NCBI GenBank assembly: GCA_973895155.1
Contig: OZ316898.1
Span: 6,311,079 to 6,375,078, forward strand
DNA: 64,000 nt
Origin: Marsupella aquatica
Taxonomy: Eukaryota; Plantae; Marchantiophyta
Reading direction: 5' to 3'
Positions 51,901 to 64,000 of this stretch are shown piece after piece (position 1 is the first letter of the stretch; every line of letters starts with the position of its first letter). Below the pieces are notes generated by a model. It had not been told where the DNA came from, did not search any database, and saw only the letters and a list, made by a program, of their open reading frames with translations. Both the position numbers and the translations under genes were made by a program.

Positions 51901-54900
51901 TGTTAGCTCCTTGCATTCTGTCCAGCTAGTTTGAAGTTGATTTCTCCACGAGGGTCACAGATTAATTGTTTTCCGACTTAAAGTACCCTCAGACTCGTTT
52001 AGAAGTTTTTCTGCTTAATCCTGAATCATTGTAGTTCACCTGTTCAGGTGTGTATCATCCGTCCTGAATGGAGAGGAGCTTGTAAGAGATGGAGGAGTGT
52101 CGCTGCTGGCAACGCTGTTGTCCCGTTGCATGTATGTGGTCAACAAAAATACTTCTCCAACGGACCCTGCAGCCATAATCGTCACCAACGTGATGCGAAC
52201 GTTGGCGACCCTTAGTACCTTTGAGAGTGCACGATTGGACATGTTTCGATGCCCTGGGTTTGTGGAAGATGTGGTTCACTGTTGTGAACTTGAACTTGCA
52301 ACACTGGCAGTTGATGCTGCACTGCAGACTATAGGTCAGCTTTCAGCTTCACAGGAATTACAACTTGCTCTGCTGAAGGCTGGGGTGATGTGGTAAGTGA
52401 TGTTCTTGGCAAGCATAAGCTGGTCAATGCCCCTCTATCATTTTCTATATTCAAAAGCAGTCTTCAGTACTGATCCAGTCGCCCATTTGCAATGCAAATT
52501 TGGATGACCAGCGTTTGTATCTTGTAACAGGTATCTCCTGCCAATACTCTTGCAATATGACTCAACAGCAGAAAAGGGAGAAGCCAGTGGCCCACATGGC
52601 ATGGGGAACAGCGTGCAAAATGCTAAAAATATGCATGCAATGTTGGCAACTCGTGCACTGGCAAGACTTGCAGGGGTTTTTGACACTTCTTCAACACCCT
52701 ACAATCTGCTTGCAGCTAATGCATTGAAAGCGTTGCTCACTCCCAAACTTGCCGCTATGCTTAGTGACAGTAATTCCAGTGAAGCTCTGCTTCGTAACTT
52801 GACTTCCAACTTGGAGTCTCCTGAGGTGATTGTTTGGCTCGATGTCTGCTACTAGAAGCAATAACTACGTTCCATGATGAAAGGGCGAAGAGCGAACAAA
52901 TTTTTAACTGACAATCTATGTTTTCATTCACTTTATAAACCTGAACGATGCAGGTTTAATTTTCTTAGACCTGGGTGATGCAGATTATTTGGAATTCAGC
53001 CACTCGAGGGGAGCTTTTGAAATTCATTGATCAACGGCGCTCGTCACCGCTTCCAGATGGCTCATTTGACATGATGCCGGCCTTGGAATTCAGATACAAA
53101 CCCTTGTCAAAAGAGCTTCATGTGGGAGACGTCTATTTACGAGTTTATAATGAGCAGCCAGATTTTGAAATTAGCCAAGCTGAGTTATTCTGTGAATCCT
53201 TGCTGGAGTTTATCAGTGGTCTTGTTGAGAAAAGGAAGCTGCTCTTTGCTGAAGAAGCTATGGAAGGAAGTGGTCTAGTGGCAGACGAGCAGCCTGTTCA
53301 TGAAGAATCATCATCAACACCTCCTCCCGCTCCCGCTCCAGTTGAAAGTGACGAGCAAGTCGAAGAAGAGCAAAAGGAGACAGAGGATCTCGAAGGAGCT
53401 GGACCTGATAAAGATCTGCTTTCAGAAGGCGAGATTTTAGTGAAGAATCTCACAATGGCTTTGACATCGCTGCAGGTCTGCCAAACTGAACTTCGTTTTT
53501 TCATTGTGATCTAAGCAGTTGGAAGACATTAATATGCGAAAGGATCAGGAAATGAAGCCCTCATTTGTTTGTCCCAGCGTATTTCATACATGTCAGAATA
53601 TTGACTCGCCTTTGAAGGACATAATGGATTTGGACTTGATTGTTCTATCTTGCAGAATGTTCTCACAGCAAGTCCAGAGTTGACTGCTGTCTTTTCCACA
53701 AAGCAAGCAGTTGCACCTCTCTATGGATGTCTTGTTGACATCCGCCCTTCAAGTGGACAAGTGCCACAGCTTTGCTTGAACGTTCTAGCTCGGTTAACCA
53801 CTCATGCTGCCTGTGTAGAGGCAATGGTGGCAGACCGAGTGGGTTTGCTGCTCTTACTACAAATTTTGTACTGTGCCCCATCTTGTCGATATGGCGCACT
53901 ACGTGTATTGTCTGCTTTGGCAAGTACTTCAGAGCTGGCCTGGGCGGCTGCTAAGCATGGGGGTGCAGTCTACATTCTTCAGCTTCTGTTACCTGTCCAA
54001 GGTAGTATATCATTGACAGTTTGAACTTTCAGTCATTATTACCTATATTAGATCAAGGTAAAGTAATAGGCTGGTGGAGTAGGTGAGTTTCGCTTTTAAT
54101 TGGGAGGCAGGTACTACTTCTGTAATCTTTGTCCAAGCAAGCTCGAGTTTCTTGAAATTGCAAAAGATCGTGTTTGTTGCTGTTTCCTGGAGGTGTAGTG
54201 TTCATTAGTATTTGCATGTGAAGGCTCCAGTTTGGCGATTTCTTTTGAATTCACTGTCCTCACGGTCAGTCTCTGGAAAGCGATGTATGCTTGTCTTTTG
54301 ATCAGTGATCATGATGTACTGCTTCGTGTCAGAGGACGTGCCCCTTCAGCAACGAGCTGCTGCAGCTTCCTTACTCGGAAAGCTTGTTGGGCAACCTATG
54401 CATGGCCCAAGGGTATCCATTACAATTGCTCGATTTCTCCCAGATGGACTAGTGTCAGCAATTCGTGATGGGCCAGGTGATGCAGTAGTTTCTGCCCTTG
54501 GGCAGAGTACAGAAACTCCAGAGTTGGTTTGGAGTCCTGCTATGGCTGCTTCGCTCGCGGCACAACTGGCAACCATGGCAGCTGATCTGTATAGGGAACA
54601 GACTAAAGGTCGTACTCTTGAGTGGGACCTGTCTGAGCACACCTCTGGGCAGCAGGATATGCGGGATGAACCACAGGTCTGTGCTATCCGAACTGCCTTA
54701 GATCGAGTTTGTTCCAAATTTTTGTGATTCCTACTGATGGTTTCTAGATGGCGCTTTGACCTTCATCAAGACTATGTTCTCAATTTCTCAATGTCCAAGT
54801 TCTAATTGCCAAAACGTGTAAGGGATTCTAAATTGTTGCCTGGGGCATGGTTCGAAAGTATTAAAGTTGTTTGATCCATTGAATAATTTACTAGAAACTC

Positions 54901-57132
54901 CGGCCATTGAAACGGATGAATTTTGGTCGATAGGAAATCCATAGCGACTAAGCTGTTTCTTTGCACTGCACCTTTTTAGAGGAATCTCTATCTGTTGTTT
55001 CTCATGGTGCACCATCTTTTACTCCAGGTGTGCTCGCTTTCGGTCACACAGTTAGAGTAATAGTTGGTTATTATTAAGACTGTCATCCCTAATCCAAATA
55101 CAATCTGGAGGATTTCCTCCAAAGAGCTGGGTTTTGGTTTCTGTATGTTGACTTTCATTGAACTACAGAAAACACGCTACACTCAGGTTTATCGTTGTGG
55201 CTAGCCTTATCCCTGGTAAGGATGGTACTTCTCACCATTGCTTCAACCCATTTGGACACTTTTCATGATAAGTTCTGTTTCTCTTGCAGGTGGGTGGTGT
55301 GTATGTGCGATTGTTTCTCAAAGATCCGAAGTTCCCTCTGCGAAATCCCAAGCGTTTCTTGGAGGGGCTTCTGGATCAATATGTTGCTGCAGCGGCTGCC
55401 ACGCATGGGAAAGGAAGTGTACCTACTAATCCAGAACTGCCGTTGCTCTTATCTGCTGCACTGGTATCCCTTTTGCGGGTGCAACCTATGCTGGCAGACC
55501 ATGTTGGGCATCTGGGTTATGTCCCAAAGCTTGTTGCAGCGATGGCAAATGAAGGTCGCCGAGAGGTCATGTCCTCCTCCGGGCAAGTAGTCATTGCAAG
55601 TGGGCTTGCTCCTTGGGAGGCTGACGAAGACGAGGCCCCAGGGGGTCAGACTCCGCAGGGACGAGTGAGGTTGAGCTGTTTGCGTGTTCTGCATCAGCTT
55701 GCAGCCAGCACAACATGTGCTGAAGCTATGGCTACTCCAGGCATTGGCACACATCAGGTATTTGTACTTCTTGGCTACCTTGTACTTCTTGGCTACCTTG
55801 TACTTTCACCGTCACTTGTCAGAGCAGGTTCTAATTGTTTATCTCTCTGAATTGGTCAGGTTGTTCCACTCCTCATGAAGGCCATTGGTTGGCAAGGGGG
55901 AAGTGTACTGGCCCTGGAGACGTTGAAGCGCGTTGTTGTTGCTGGCAATCGAGCCCGAGATGCTCTTGTAGCACAAGGTCTAAAGTAAGTGCAGCATTGC
56001 CCGGTCATTACCGTTTTGTTTTAGCTTAAATCCGGAGTGTTAATCATACCAGCGTTCGGTCAATTATCTGCAGTGCAGGCAACAGCCAATTGTCACTTGA
56101 TCAAATATCCCCAGTATTTTGGGTGGGATACTGACAGCCTTTACAACGTCTCAGAAAGTGTTGCGAAACCTTCTAAAGTTTCCTTTTTCATTTCTTGTTG
56201 CAGGGTTGGCTTAGTGGAAGTGCTTTTAGGTCTTTTGGATTGGAGGGCAGGGGGCACGAATGGACTATGTAAGGAGATGAAATGGAACGAGTCCGAAGCC
56301 TCTGTTGGCAGAGTGCTTGCAGTGGAGGTATTATCTTCGTTGATTGTGTTTACGCATCTTTTACAGAAATCAACCTACAGAGCGGCTTCATTGGTCTGTC
56401 AAAACAGCTTTCATTCCTGGGAAAACGAATTATGAATGAATCCTACAAAAGTCCTTAAGCCAATAATGAAGCTGTTGCTGCTGTAGGGACGTGTACTGTC
56501 CATCTATATGGAACTATTTTTCTAAAGTTATGCTCTCGTTTTGCTTTGCAGATATTACGTGCCTTTGCTGGGGAGGGTGCCCACTCAGCAAAAGTCCAGG
56601 AAATATTAACTTCGTCAGACGTATGTCATGGGTCCATTCTCATTTCATTTTGTCATTAAATCTTCTCATCTTATTGCCTCCTTTCGTGTTTTGAACTTGA
56701 ATCCCTCGTTCGTCGTGTAATTTGCTCTTTTCATTCTCTACATGCGTTCCTTTTTTTTCGTTTCAAAAATGGCTCATCTAAGGCTTCAATTCTGAACGTT
56801 TTTTCTAAATTCCTCAAGTCCATAGGTGGACAACTCTATTGTTATGAATTTAATTCCTGCAAATGAGCACTTTCGTTCTGACACAATTGTTTGGCCTCAT
56901 TTTACTCTCCCTGCAGATATGGATGGCATATAAAGACCAAAAGCATGATCTGTTTCTACCTTCAAATGCTCAGTCTGCAGCAGCTGGGGTAGCCGGTCTC
57001 ATTGAGGGGTCCTCGTCAAGTGTTACATATGCACTCCCAGCACCGTCAGCACGATCTACCGTGCTACGACTACCAATTCCCAACAACCCCTTAGAAACTA
57101 CTTCTCAAGAATCCCTCTCCAATGGTCAATAG
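42943..57132 (+). CDS. GRV2: DnaJ subfamily C GRV2 / RME-8 (DNAJC13) endosomal trafficking protein, more than 20 exons
   Basis: N-terminal EYIARYLVTKHSWRGKYKRILCIS; DHSRADLIWNERTRQELREAL; GYF_2-like KEWHYIKKDGVQVGPLEK; TPEIIWTHKMRG; J domain LKRQYRRLAMRYHPDKNPEGREKF; VGGVYVRLFLKDPKFPLRNPKRFLEGLL; C-terminal IWMAYKDQKHDLFLPS with TAG at 57130-32. Exons join through GT-AG introns. Confidence 0.96.
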
Positions 57133-57550
57133 TGGAAGCTCTTTGCGTGTAGTGTGAATGCCTTCAGATTTCCAGGTTATAACTTCTCCGATGCCTCTTA
57201 ATGGACCAACTTTTAGCGGTCTACACTATAGGGAACTGGCAGCAAAACACAGCCCCGCCCTACCTCAAGTCTAGTGGATCAGATTCTTGAAAGCCTTTGG
57301 AGCATCCTGTAATATACTGCTCTCATAGGTATTTAATGTAGACTTTTAGAACCCCTTTCAACTGATAGACATGTAATAAATAATTTTGCTCTAAGGTCAT
57401 TGCAGCTTTCTCAACAATTAGGGGAAGAACGGTTGGTACAGGGGATCCTTCCATCCTGGTTATGCCGCGCAGCAAGGTACTGTTTGATAGCTTTTGATAG
57501 AGCTTAGGGTAGGTATGATGTCCGTACTGGAGGTACAGATTCTTTGATAC

Positions 57551-57836
57551 ATCGCTTTGATGATATGTGTAACGTGATTGTAAATGTTAATTGTTAAGGC
57601 TTCCCCTTCCGATGAGTTACTTTCTCAAAAATGCTGTTCGCTATGGAGATTCTTGCAGTCAGTTGTTCTCGAGTCTTGTTCGTGAGTAACGACATCAGTG
57701 TTGATTTATGTTGTTAAAAGCTGAATGATATATCGCTTTGATGATAATTGTAACGTGATTGTAGATGCCAATTGTCAAGGCTTCCCCTTCCGATGGGTTA
57801 CTTGCTCAAAGATTCTGTTCACAATGGAGATTCTTG
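57551..57836. repeat. ~105-bp direct duplication downstream of GRV2
   Basis: atcgctttgatgata..tgtaacgtgattgta.atg..aattgt.aaggcttccccttccgatg.gttactt.ctcaaa at about 57551-57656 and 57732-57836. Confidence 0.85.
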
Positions 57837-58249
57837 TACGCAGACACTATCCCCCAACATGCATACTCCTTAAATTCCAGGTCCTAGGCTGACTTGCAAA
57901 TTCAATGCAACATCTGGCTGCCTGGCCACGTCATTTAGGCTTGACAACACATTTGTTCAACATCACTTACCATTGACAATTATGCAATTGGTCAACATCA
58001 CTTACTATTGACAATTATGCAACCCAACAAATTGGGCTAGCATTCCATAATGAACCAGGTCTATGACCAAAGTCACAAGAAGACTAGACATATGTGTTCT
58101 CTACATTTGTTTACCATTTTGGTTGTGTACTTCCTTTTAAGGGTTCCTTTTTATGCTTGAAAATGGTTGTATCGTCGCCAAGTAACCTACCCTAGGATAC
58201 AAGTTAGAACAAGTTTCACTATTCCTTTACTTGGTTCAGTCAATTACAA

Positions 58250-59545
58250 GCTCAACCTTGAGTGTCCTAACTCTCATGTCATGTCACTACAAACTCCAAC
58301 CCTCCCTGACCTAACTCTCCTAGCATGCATGCAAAGTCATGTCATATATTTACAACCTTGACCTTTCAGTGCCCTAACACTCCTAAGGGGCTTCATGTAA
58401 TGTCTTTACAAACTCAAGCCCTCAGTGCCCTAACTCTCCTGACCCACACACCTAACTCTCCTAGCAAGCATGCAACATCACGTCCTGCCTTTACAAACTC
58501 GAGCCCTCAGTGCCCTAACTCTCATAACACGCATGTAACTTCATGTCATCCCCTTACAAACTCAGTCCCTCAGTGCCCTAGCTCTCCTAACAAGCATGGA
58601 CCTTCATGTCCTGCCCTTACCACCTCAACCCCTGCATGCCCTAACTCTCCTAGCTAAGACACATGCAACTTCATGTCATGTCATTACAAGCTCACCCCCT
58701 CAGTGCCCTAACTCTCCTAACACACATGGAACTTCATTTCCTGCCTTTACGAACTCAACCCCTCAGTGCCCTAACTCTCCTAATGCGCATGCAACTCTAT
58801 CTCATGTCATTACAAACTCAACCCCTCAGTGCCCTAACTCTCCTAACACGCACACAAGTTCATGTAATCTCCTTACAATTCAACCCCTCAGTGCCCTAAC
58901 TCTCCTAACATGAATGGAACTTCATGTCCTGCCCTTATAACCTAAACTCCTCTCCTAAAACGCTTGCAACTTCATCTCATTTCGTTACAAACTCAACCTC
59001 TCAGTGCTGCAACTCTCCTAACACCCATCAAACTTCCTGTAATGTTCATACAAACTCACCCCTCAGTTTCCTGACTCTCCTAACATGCATACAACTTCAT
59101 GTCCTGCCTTTACAAACTCAACCCCTAAGGGCCCTAACTCTCCTAACACGCATGCGATTTGATGTCCTTGCCTTTACAAACTCAAACCCTCAGTGCCCTA
59201 GCTCTCCTAATACACCTGCAACTTCATGTCATGTTGTTACAAACTCAACCCCCTCAGTGCCCTCACTCTCCTAACACGCATGCAACTTCATGTCATCTTG
59301 TTACAAACTCACCCCTCAGTGCCCTGACTCTCCTAACACGCATGCAACTTCATGTCCTTGCCTTTAAATACTCAGCTCCTCACTGCCCTAACTCTCCTAA
59401 CACGCATGCAACTTCATGTCCTTGCCTTTACAGACTCAACCCCTCAGTGTCCTAACTCTCCTAACACGCATGCAACTTCATGTCGACTAGTTGCAAACTC
59501 ACCCCTCGGTGCCCTGACTCTGCTAACACGTATGCAACTTCAACG
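58250..59545. repeat. ~60-bp C-rich minisatellite, about 20 diverged copies, between GRV2 and RAP74
   Basis: Consensus about ttacaaactcaacccctcagtgccctaactctcctaacacgcatgcaacttcatgtc(atg/ctg). It accounts for the repetitive ORFs at 58.3-59.6 kb. Confidence 0.95.
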
Positions 59546-60343
59546 CGACGCCTCAACTTTGCAAATGAATCGTTCTGTTGCTCACGAAGTACAACAGTAG
59601 TAGTGCCCAATGTACAAAGAGAGGAAGGAAGCTCGAGGCGGAATCAGATCACACCTATGAATGACAGGAAATTGATCTTCCGTCTCTTTTCCCAAGACTG
59701 ATTATTGCGGACTCCGAATCGATGAGGATCCGCTACTGCACGAGTATTGTCGAGGAATTGACGAATGATCTGCTTCTCACAATTGACGAGGACAGCATGC
59801 TTTGTTGATTGCGCAGCTTGTTCCACGAAAACTCCGTTGCTCAAACTTAATCGGTGCTCAATTGATTTCCGAAACTTGCTGCACTTGTTAGAGAGGAAAC
59901 TCTGGCTCGCAGGCTGTTTTCGAATCTCGGCTTGTGGACGAGACTCGGTTCCAAGCTTGTTCTCGAAACTCTGGCTCATAGCTTTCATGAGACTCCGGTT
60001 CTCGAAACTCTGGATCACGGCTTGTAGGTGAGATTCTGGTTCAAAGGTGAATCTCCAAACTCTGGCGCACAGGTTGACTGTAGACAACACTCTGGTTCGA
60101 AGGTTTCTCTGAAAGCTCTACTGGAAAGTTTGTTCAAGATATGGTGATTCAAGTGGAAAGCGGGTGGTGAACTGGCGCGTGAGTTTGGGCTGATAGTGCA
60201 ATACAGAGGGGAGTCACCAGATGGTTTGAAGTGTTTTGGAAAGTAGAGAAGGAATCTCAAACCTTCGCTCAGCTCGCTGCAGAGGTTATTCAAGGGGAGT
60301 GCGGTAATTTGACGAGTGGAGGTTAGGGTCGACGGTGATCGAG

Positions 60344-63300
60344 ATGGCGCTACCGGAGCCTCTGGTGTTGAAGGCGAATTGTAATGGATGTGGAACGACG
60401 ACCGATCTTTACGGAAGCAATTGCAAGCATATGACACTGTGTATCCCATGTGGGAAGTCGTTGGTGGAAACTAGTGGCACGTGTACCGAGTGTAATGTTC
60501 CCGTGACTCGTCTCATTCGGGTAGGTGATATGTTGCCTTCATAAATCGGGATTGCGGAATTTTAAAATAGAATGAGTTCTGAGTATGGAAAATACAGAAT
60601 ATTATGAGGTTTAGGGTTTCGAGCTTGTCTCTTTCGGTAATGCGGTCTCGAAAGGTGATTTGGGAGATAATTTTAGGGGTCTCTATGTAAGTGCACAGTG
60701 GGTAAACAGCAGTTTCTACATTCCTTCGGTTTCAGCTTTAGGTATGACCCTTTGTTGAAGTGTCTCGTGTTGCATTTTTGGCACAGGAATATAATGTAAA
60801 GCATCATGCAGTGAACAAGAATTACTTTGTGGGGAGATTTCATCAGGGAGTTCCACACTACTCGAAAAAGAAGAACTCGGAAGCTAGATGGAGCATGCAA
60901 CACGAGGGACTTCAAGGGAGGCAGTTGACTGATGCATTGAGGGTACTCTTCTGCTTTGTATGAGTTTGTGAATCGTCGTGTCTGGCTCGAGTTGCGCGAC
61001 ATTTATCCTTAAAACCCAGGACGGACAATTACACCCTTCTTCCTCTTGGGCTCAATTGAAGTTAATCTCGGTATTTTATTCTAGATCAAGCAAAGATTTC
61101 GTCTGGATGGTGAGATGTTAATTGTCCCTTCTCTCTAGCGATGGACACACGTCGGAACTACCCAGACAAGTTTCTGTATATCCCATTCCTTCATACCACT
61201 TGACTTTAGTGCTTTACCTCCAAAGGTTACTACAAGCTGGACTTACTGAGGGTGCCACCCTCCGATTTTGAGAAGAACAGATAATTTATCAGTTGGTTTC
61301 CTAACTTTACGAACAATCTGCCGTTCTCTAGGAAAAGTACAAGAACAAGCCTTGGTTGTTGGAGGATGACATCGGGAAACAGCAGTTCACAGGGCAACTG
61401 GAAGGTGGACAACAAGCGACCTACTTTCTGCTGATTATGCAAGGATCTGACTTTCTAGCCCTCCCAGCTGGGAATTGGTAAGGATTCTCTATTTCAGGTT
61501 GACACGAGTTCGGTGTCTCTGATCATAGAATTATGCTCAAATAAGGTGCCTGAGTGATAAGGAATGGGCTAATATCGCTTTAATTTTGAATATCTAGCTT
61601 ATCTCCCATTCCTAACAAACTTTTGGTACTTCAGCGTACTACAATCAAATTTGATGTGTTGATGCATTTATATCCAGGTATAATTTTCACAAGGTGGCTC
61701 ATTACAAGCAACTGACTCTGGAGGAGGCAGAGGAGCAGATGAAAAATAGACGGAAAACAGCAGATGGATACCAAAGATGGATGATGAAGGCAGCCAACAC
61801 AGGCGCAGCAGCGTTTGGGGTAGGTGACAGTGAACAAATTGGAGGGGTCGGTGGATCTGGTGGTCGTGTGAAGCGAGAGGATGAAGATGGCAATGGGGAT
61901 GATTCTGATAAAGCAGAAGAAGACGAGGAAGAGGAAGAGGCACGAAAAAATAGACTTGGTATGAACAAGCCAGGTGGTGACGAAGATGGGGAGGAGCCTG
62001 CGCTAGATCTTGACCTTGACGACGATGAAGGCGAAAAGGGTGAGCCAAAACAAAATGTTTCCAATTGCGTACTTTCTGTACTCTGTGAAGTTTCAGTGCT
62101 ATTGTCAATAATTACGTCATTCTTTTCCTGGATGCATATGTGGGAACAGCGCTGTCTTAAGAGCCTGAGGTTGTGACCATACAGAGCAAATAATGAGTTT
62201 ACTTGTTCGGATCTCTGTAATGCTTTGTGCGCGAGCAAGTTTTGCTCTCAATCTGTTCACCATCATGAGTCCATCTTGACGGAACGAATCAGCTCTCTTT
62301 TTCTAAAAAAAATTGAAAATGTTGTGTGTTTGTCAGGTGATGATTGGGAACATGAAGAGACGTTCACGGATGATGATGAAGCTGTTGGCAATGATGCTGA
62401 CGAAAGAGAGGATCAAGTGAATCCTGAAGTACCACCCCCTCCTGAAATCAAGCAGGTCAGTAAAATGAAATCTGACTAACAATTGTCTAACCCTGTACCG
62501 CATGCATTTTTCAACTGAGCTATGAAAGGGCTGATGAAAGGATGAGGCGATGTTGGAGAGGCTCCCATGGTGGGGTGTTCTGAGATTAGAAAGATTTATA
62601 AGGGGTTTCATAAATCTCACATGTTCCTTGGAAGGAAAGATACCACGTCTCCTCACTAGTGGCATTTATGTTGTATGATTTGCCCTATATCAGGAGGAGG
62701 AGGATGAAGAGGAAGATCAAGAAAACCCACAAGAAGAACCGGGTGGTTTGAGTAAATCCGGCAAGGAGTTGAAAAAGTTGCTCGGCAAAGCTGCTAAGGA
62801 GGATGACTCTGACGGAGGAGATGTAACCGATGATGGGACAGATGAGGATGTAAGCTTCTCTCCTGTAAAATATGTTTCTTTCTTAGTTGTCAGTGGATTG
62901 CTTCCTGTGGAGACGCTGTCCCCTGTTATCAATTGTGGTGTATACAAGATTTGCTGTAGAAAGAGTTGTAGTGTAGAAAGACTTTTTTGGATCAAAACAA
63001 GGGCCTTTCTAGTTGTATTTAATGAATATGTGCAGCCTCATAATAAGTTAACCTTACCTAGATATTTCATATCCACTTGGACTATATCATCGCTCTGTTG
63101 ATCCCAGCATTGACTAATAGACGTTTCGCCCTCAGTGAAATCCAGGTTCATGAGTTGATAACACATTGTTTTGGGTGCTTTTTCAACCAGGTGGATTTGG
63201 ATAACGAGGATATTGGAATGTCTCCAGTGCTGGCTCCTACGCGCAAAGAGGGACCAAAAGAGGAGCCCATTGATGGTGGTACTCCAGCAAAAGCTGCACC

Positions 63301-64000
63301 AGTGGCTAAGTCCACTCCTCCATCTGCCACTGCAGGTAAAAGCAAAAGGAAAGCAAGTACAGCAGAGGAGTCCAAGACAAACGGTGCAGCCGCGGCAAAG
63401 AAGGCCAAAACTGAGGTATGTCATGGTACCCACGTCATTTATTAAGGGCCTTAAAATCTACGAATGGCGTGAAATCTACGCTGTTATCCCTATCTTCGAT
63501 AATCAGCAAGAGAGGTTAAAGTATCGTGAAGGTGGATTTCGTCTGGATGGTGAGATGTTAATTGTCCCTTGTTCTAGCGATGGACAGCACACTATTGCAC
63601 TCTGTCCGCGTACAGCTTTGACATTTGTAAAGAGGCTTCCAAAGAATTTATTTATATGCCTTGATCCTATCTAATGCTTTGGCCCAGTGATGTCTTGAGG
63701 ACTCATTAGAGGAATGTGGAGTGTATGGTTTTGTATGATAGTTTCATGTGGAGTGAACGTGTTTTCGTATCTCCCGCCGTTCTGATGTGGCTCTTGATAC
63801 CTCCATTCCAGACGGCTAAAGCAACCCCACCATCAGCTGCATTGAAGAAGGATGTGAATGCTGCCGTAAATGCAGCTGTTAAAACAGCGCCAACAAACGG
63901 GAAGGCACTAGCTAAGCAAGCACCAGCTCCCAATCAGGCTGTGACAGAGGCAGAGGTGATGAGAGTCTTGCAACAAACTGGACCAATAAAGAGCACAGAT
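60344..64000 (+). CDS. RAP74: Transcription initiation factor IIF alpha subunit (RAP74), 3' end outside the window
   Basis: MALPEPLVLKANCNGCGTTTDLYGSNCKHMTLCIPCGK...CTECNVPVTRLIR|EYNV...EGLQGRQLTDALR|EKYKNKPWLLED...|YNFHKVAHYKQLTLEEAEEQMKNRRKTADGYQRWMMKAAN, then DDWEHEETFTDDDE and LSKSGKELKKLLGK. GT-AG introns. Confidence 0.95.

Noticed and set aside
57551-57836. Duplicated segment with TGATGA as a C/D snoRNA pair
   Set aside because: No correctly placed CTGA box D or terminal stem in both copies; treated as a local duplication.
58167-59701. Multiple ORFs rich in P/S/T/C/H
   Set aside because: They are by-products of a 60-bp minisatellite, open in several frames with frequent frameshifts and no gene structure.

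Overview
Eukaryotic nuclear DNA from a land plant with compact GT-AG introns; the gene content and repeat families look bryophyte-like, which is an inference. Five apparently intact spliced genes are present: SAC3B-like (4.2-11.3 kb, +), an EamA/DMT transporter (29.3-32.6 kb, -), RRP7 (38.8-40.3 kb, +), GRV2/RME-8 (42.9-57.1 kb, +) and RAP74/TFIIF-alpha (from 60.3 kb, running off the window, +). A decayed Copia element occupies the left edge. Between 13.9 and 28.6 kb lies a dense zone of broken gene pieces: a fungal-looking short-chain dehydrogenase with a 1-nt deletion in its catalytic Lys codon, a C5 cytosine methyltransferase of the retrotransposon-borne type split in motif I by a solo LTR with a perfect 5-bp TSD, a 1.59-kb tandem duplication with MITEs and a decayed unknown ORF, a Myb/SANT-like fragment, intron-containing LTV1 and DUF616 3' fragments, and a plastid rpoC2 insert. 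Several minisatellites sit directly upstream of genes. The best leads are the TE-type DNA methyltransferase relic, the candidate fungal HGT SDR, and a possible CUG-initiated N-terminal extension of GRV2. All family assignments come from motif recognition without database searches.
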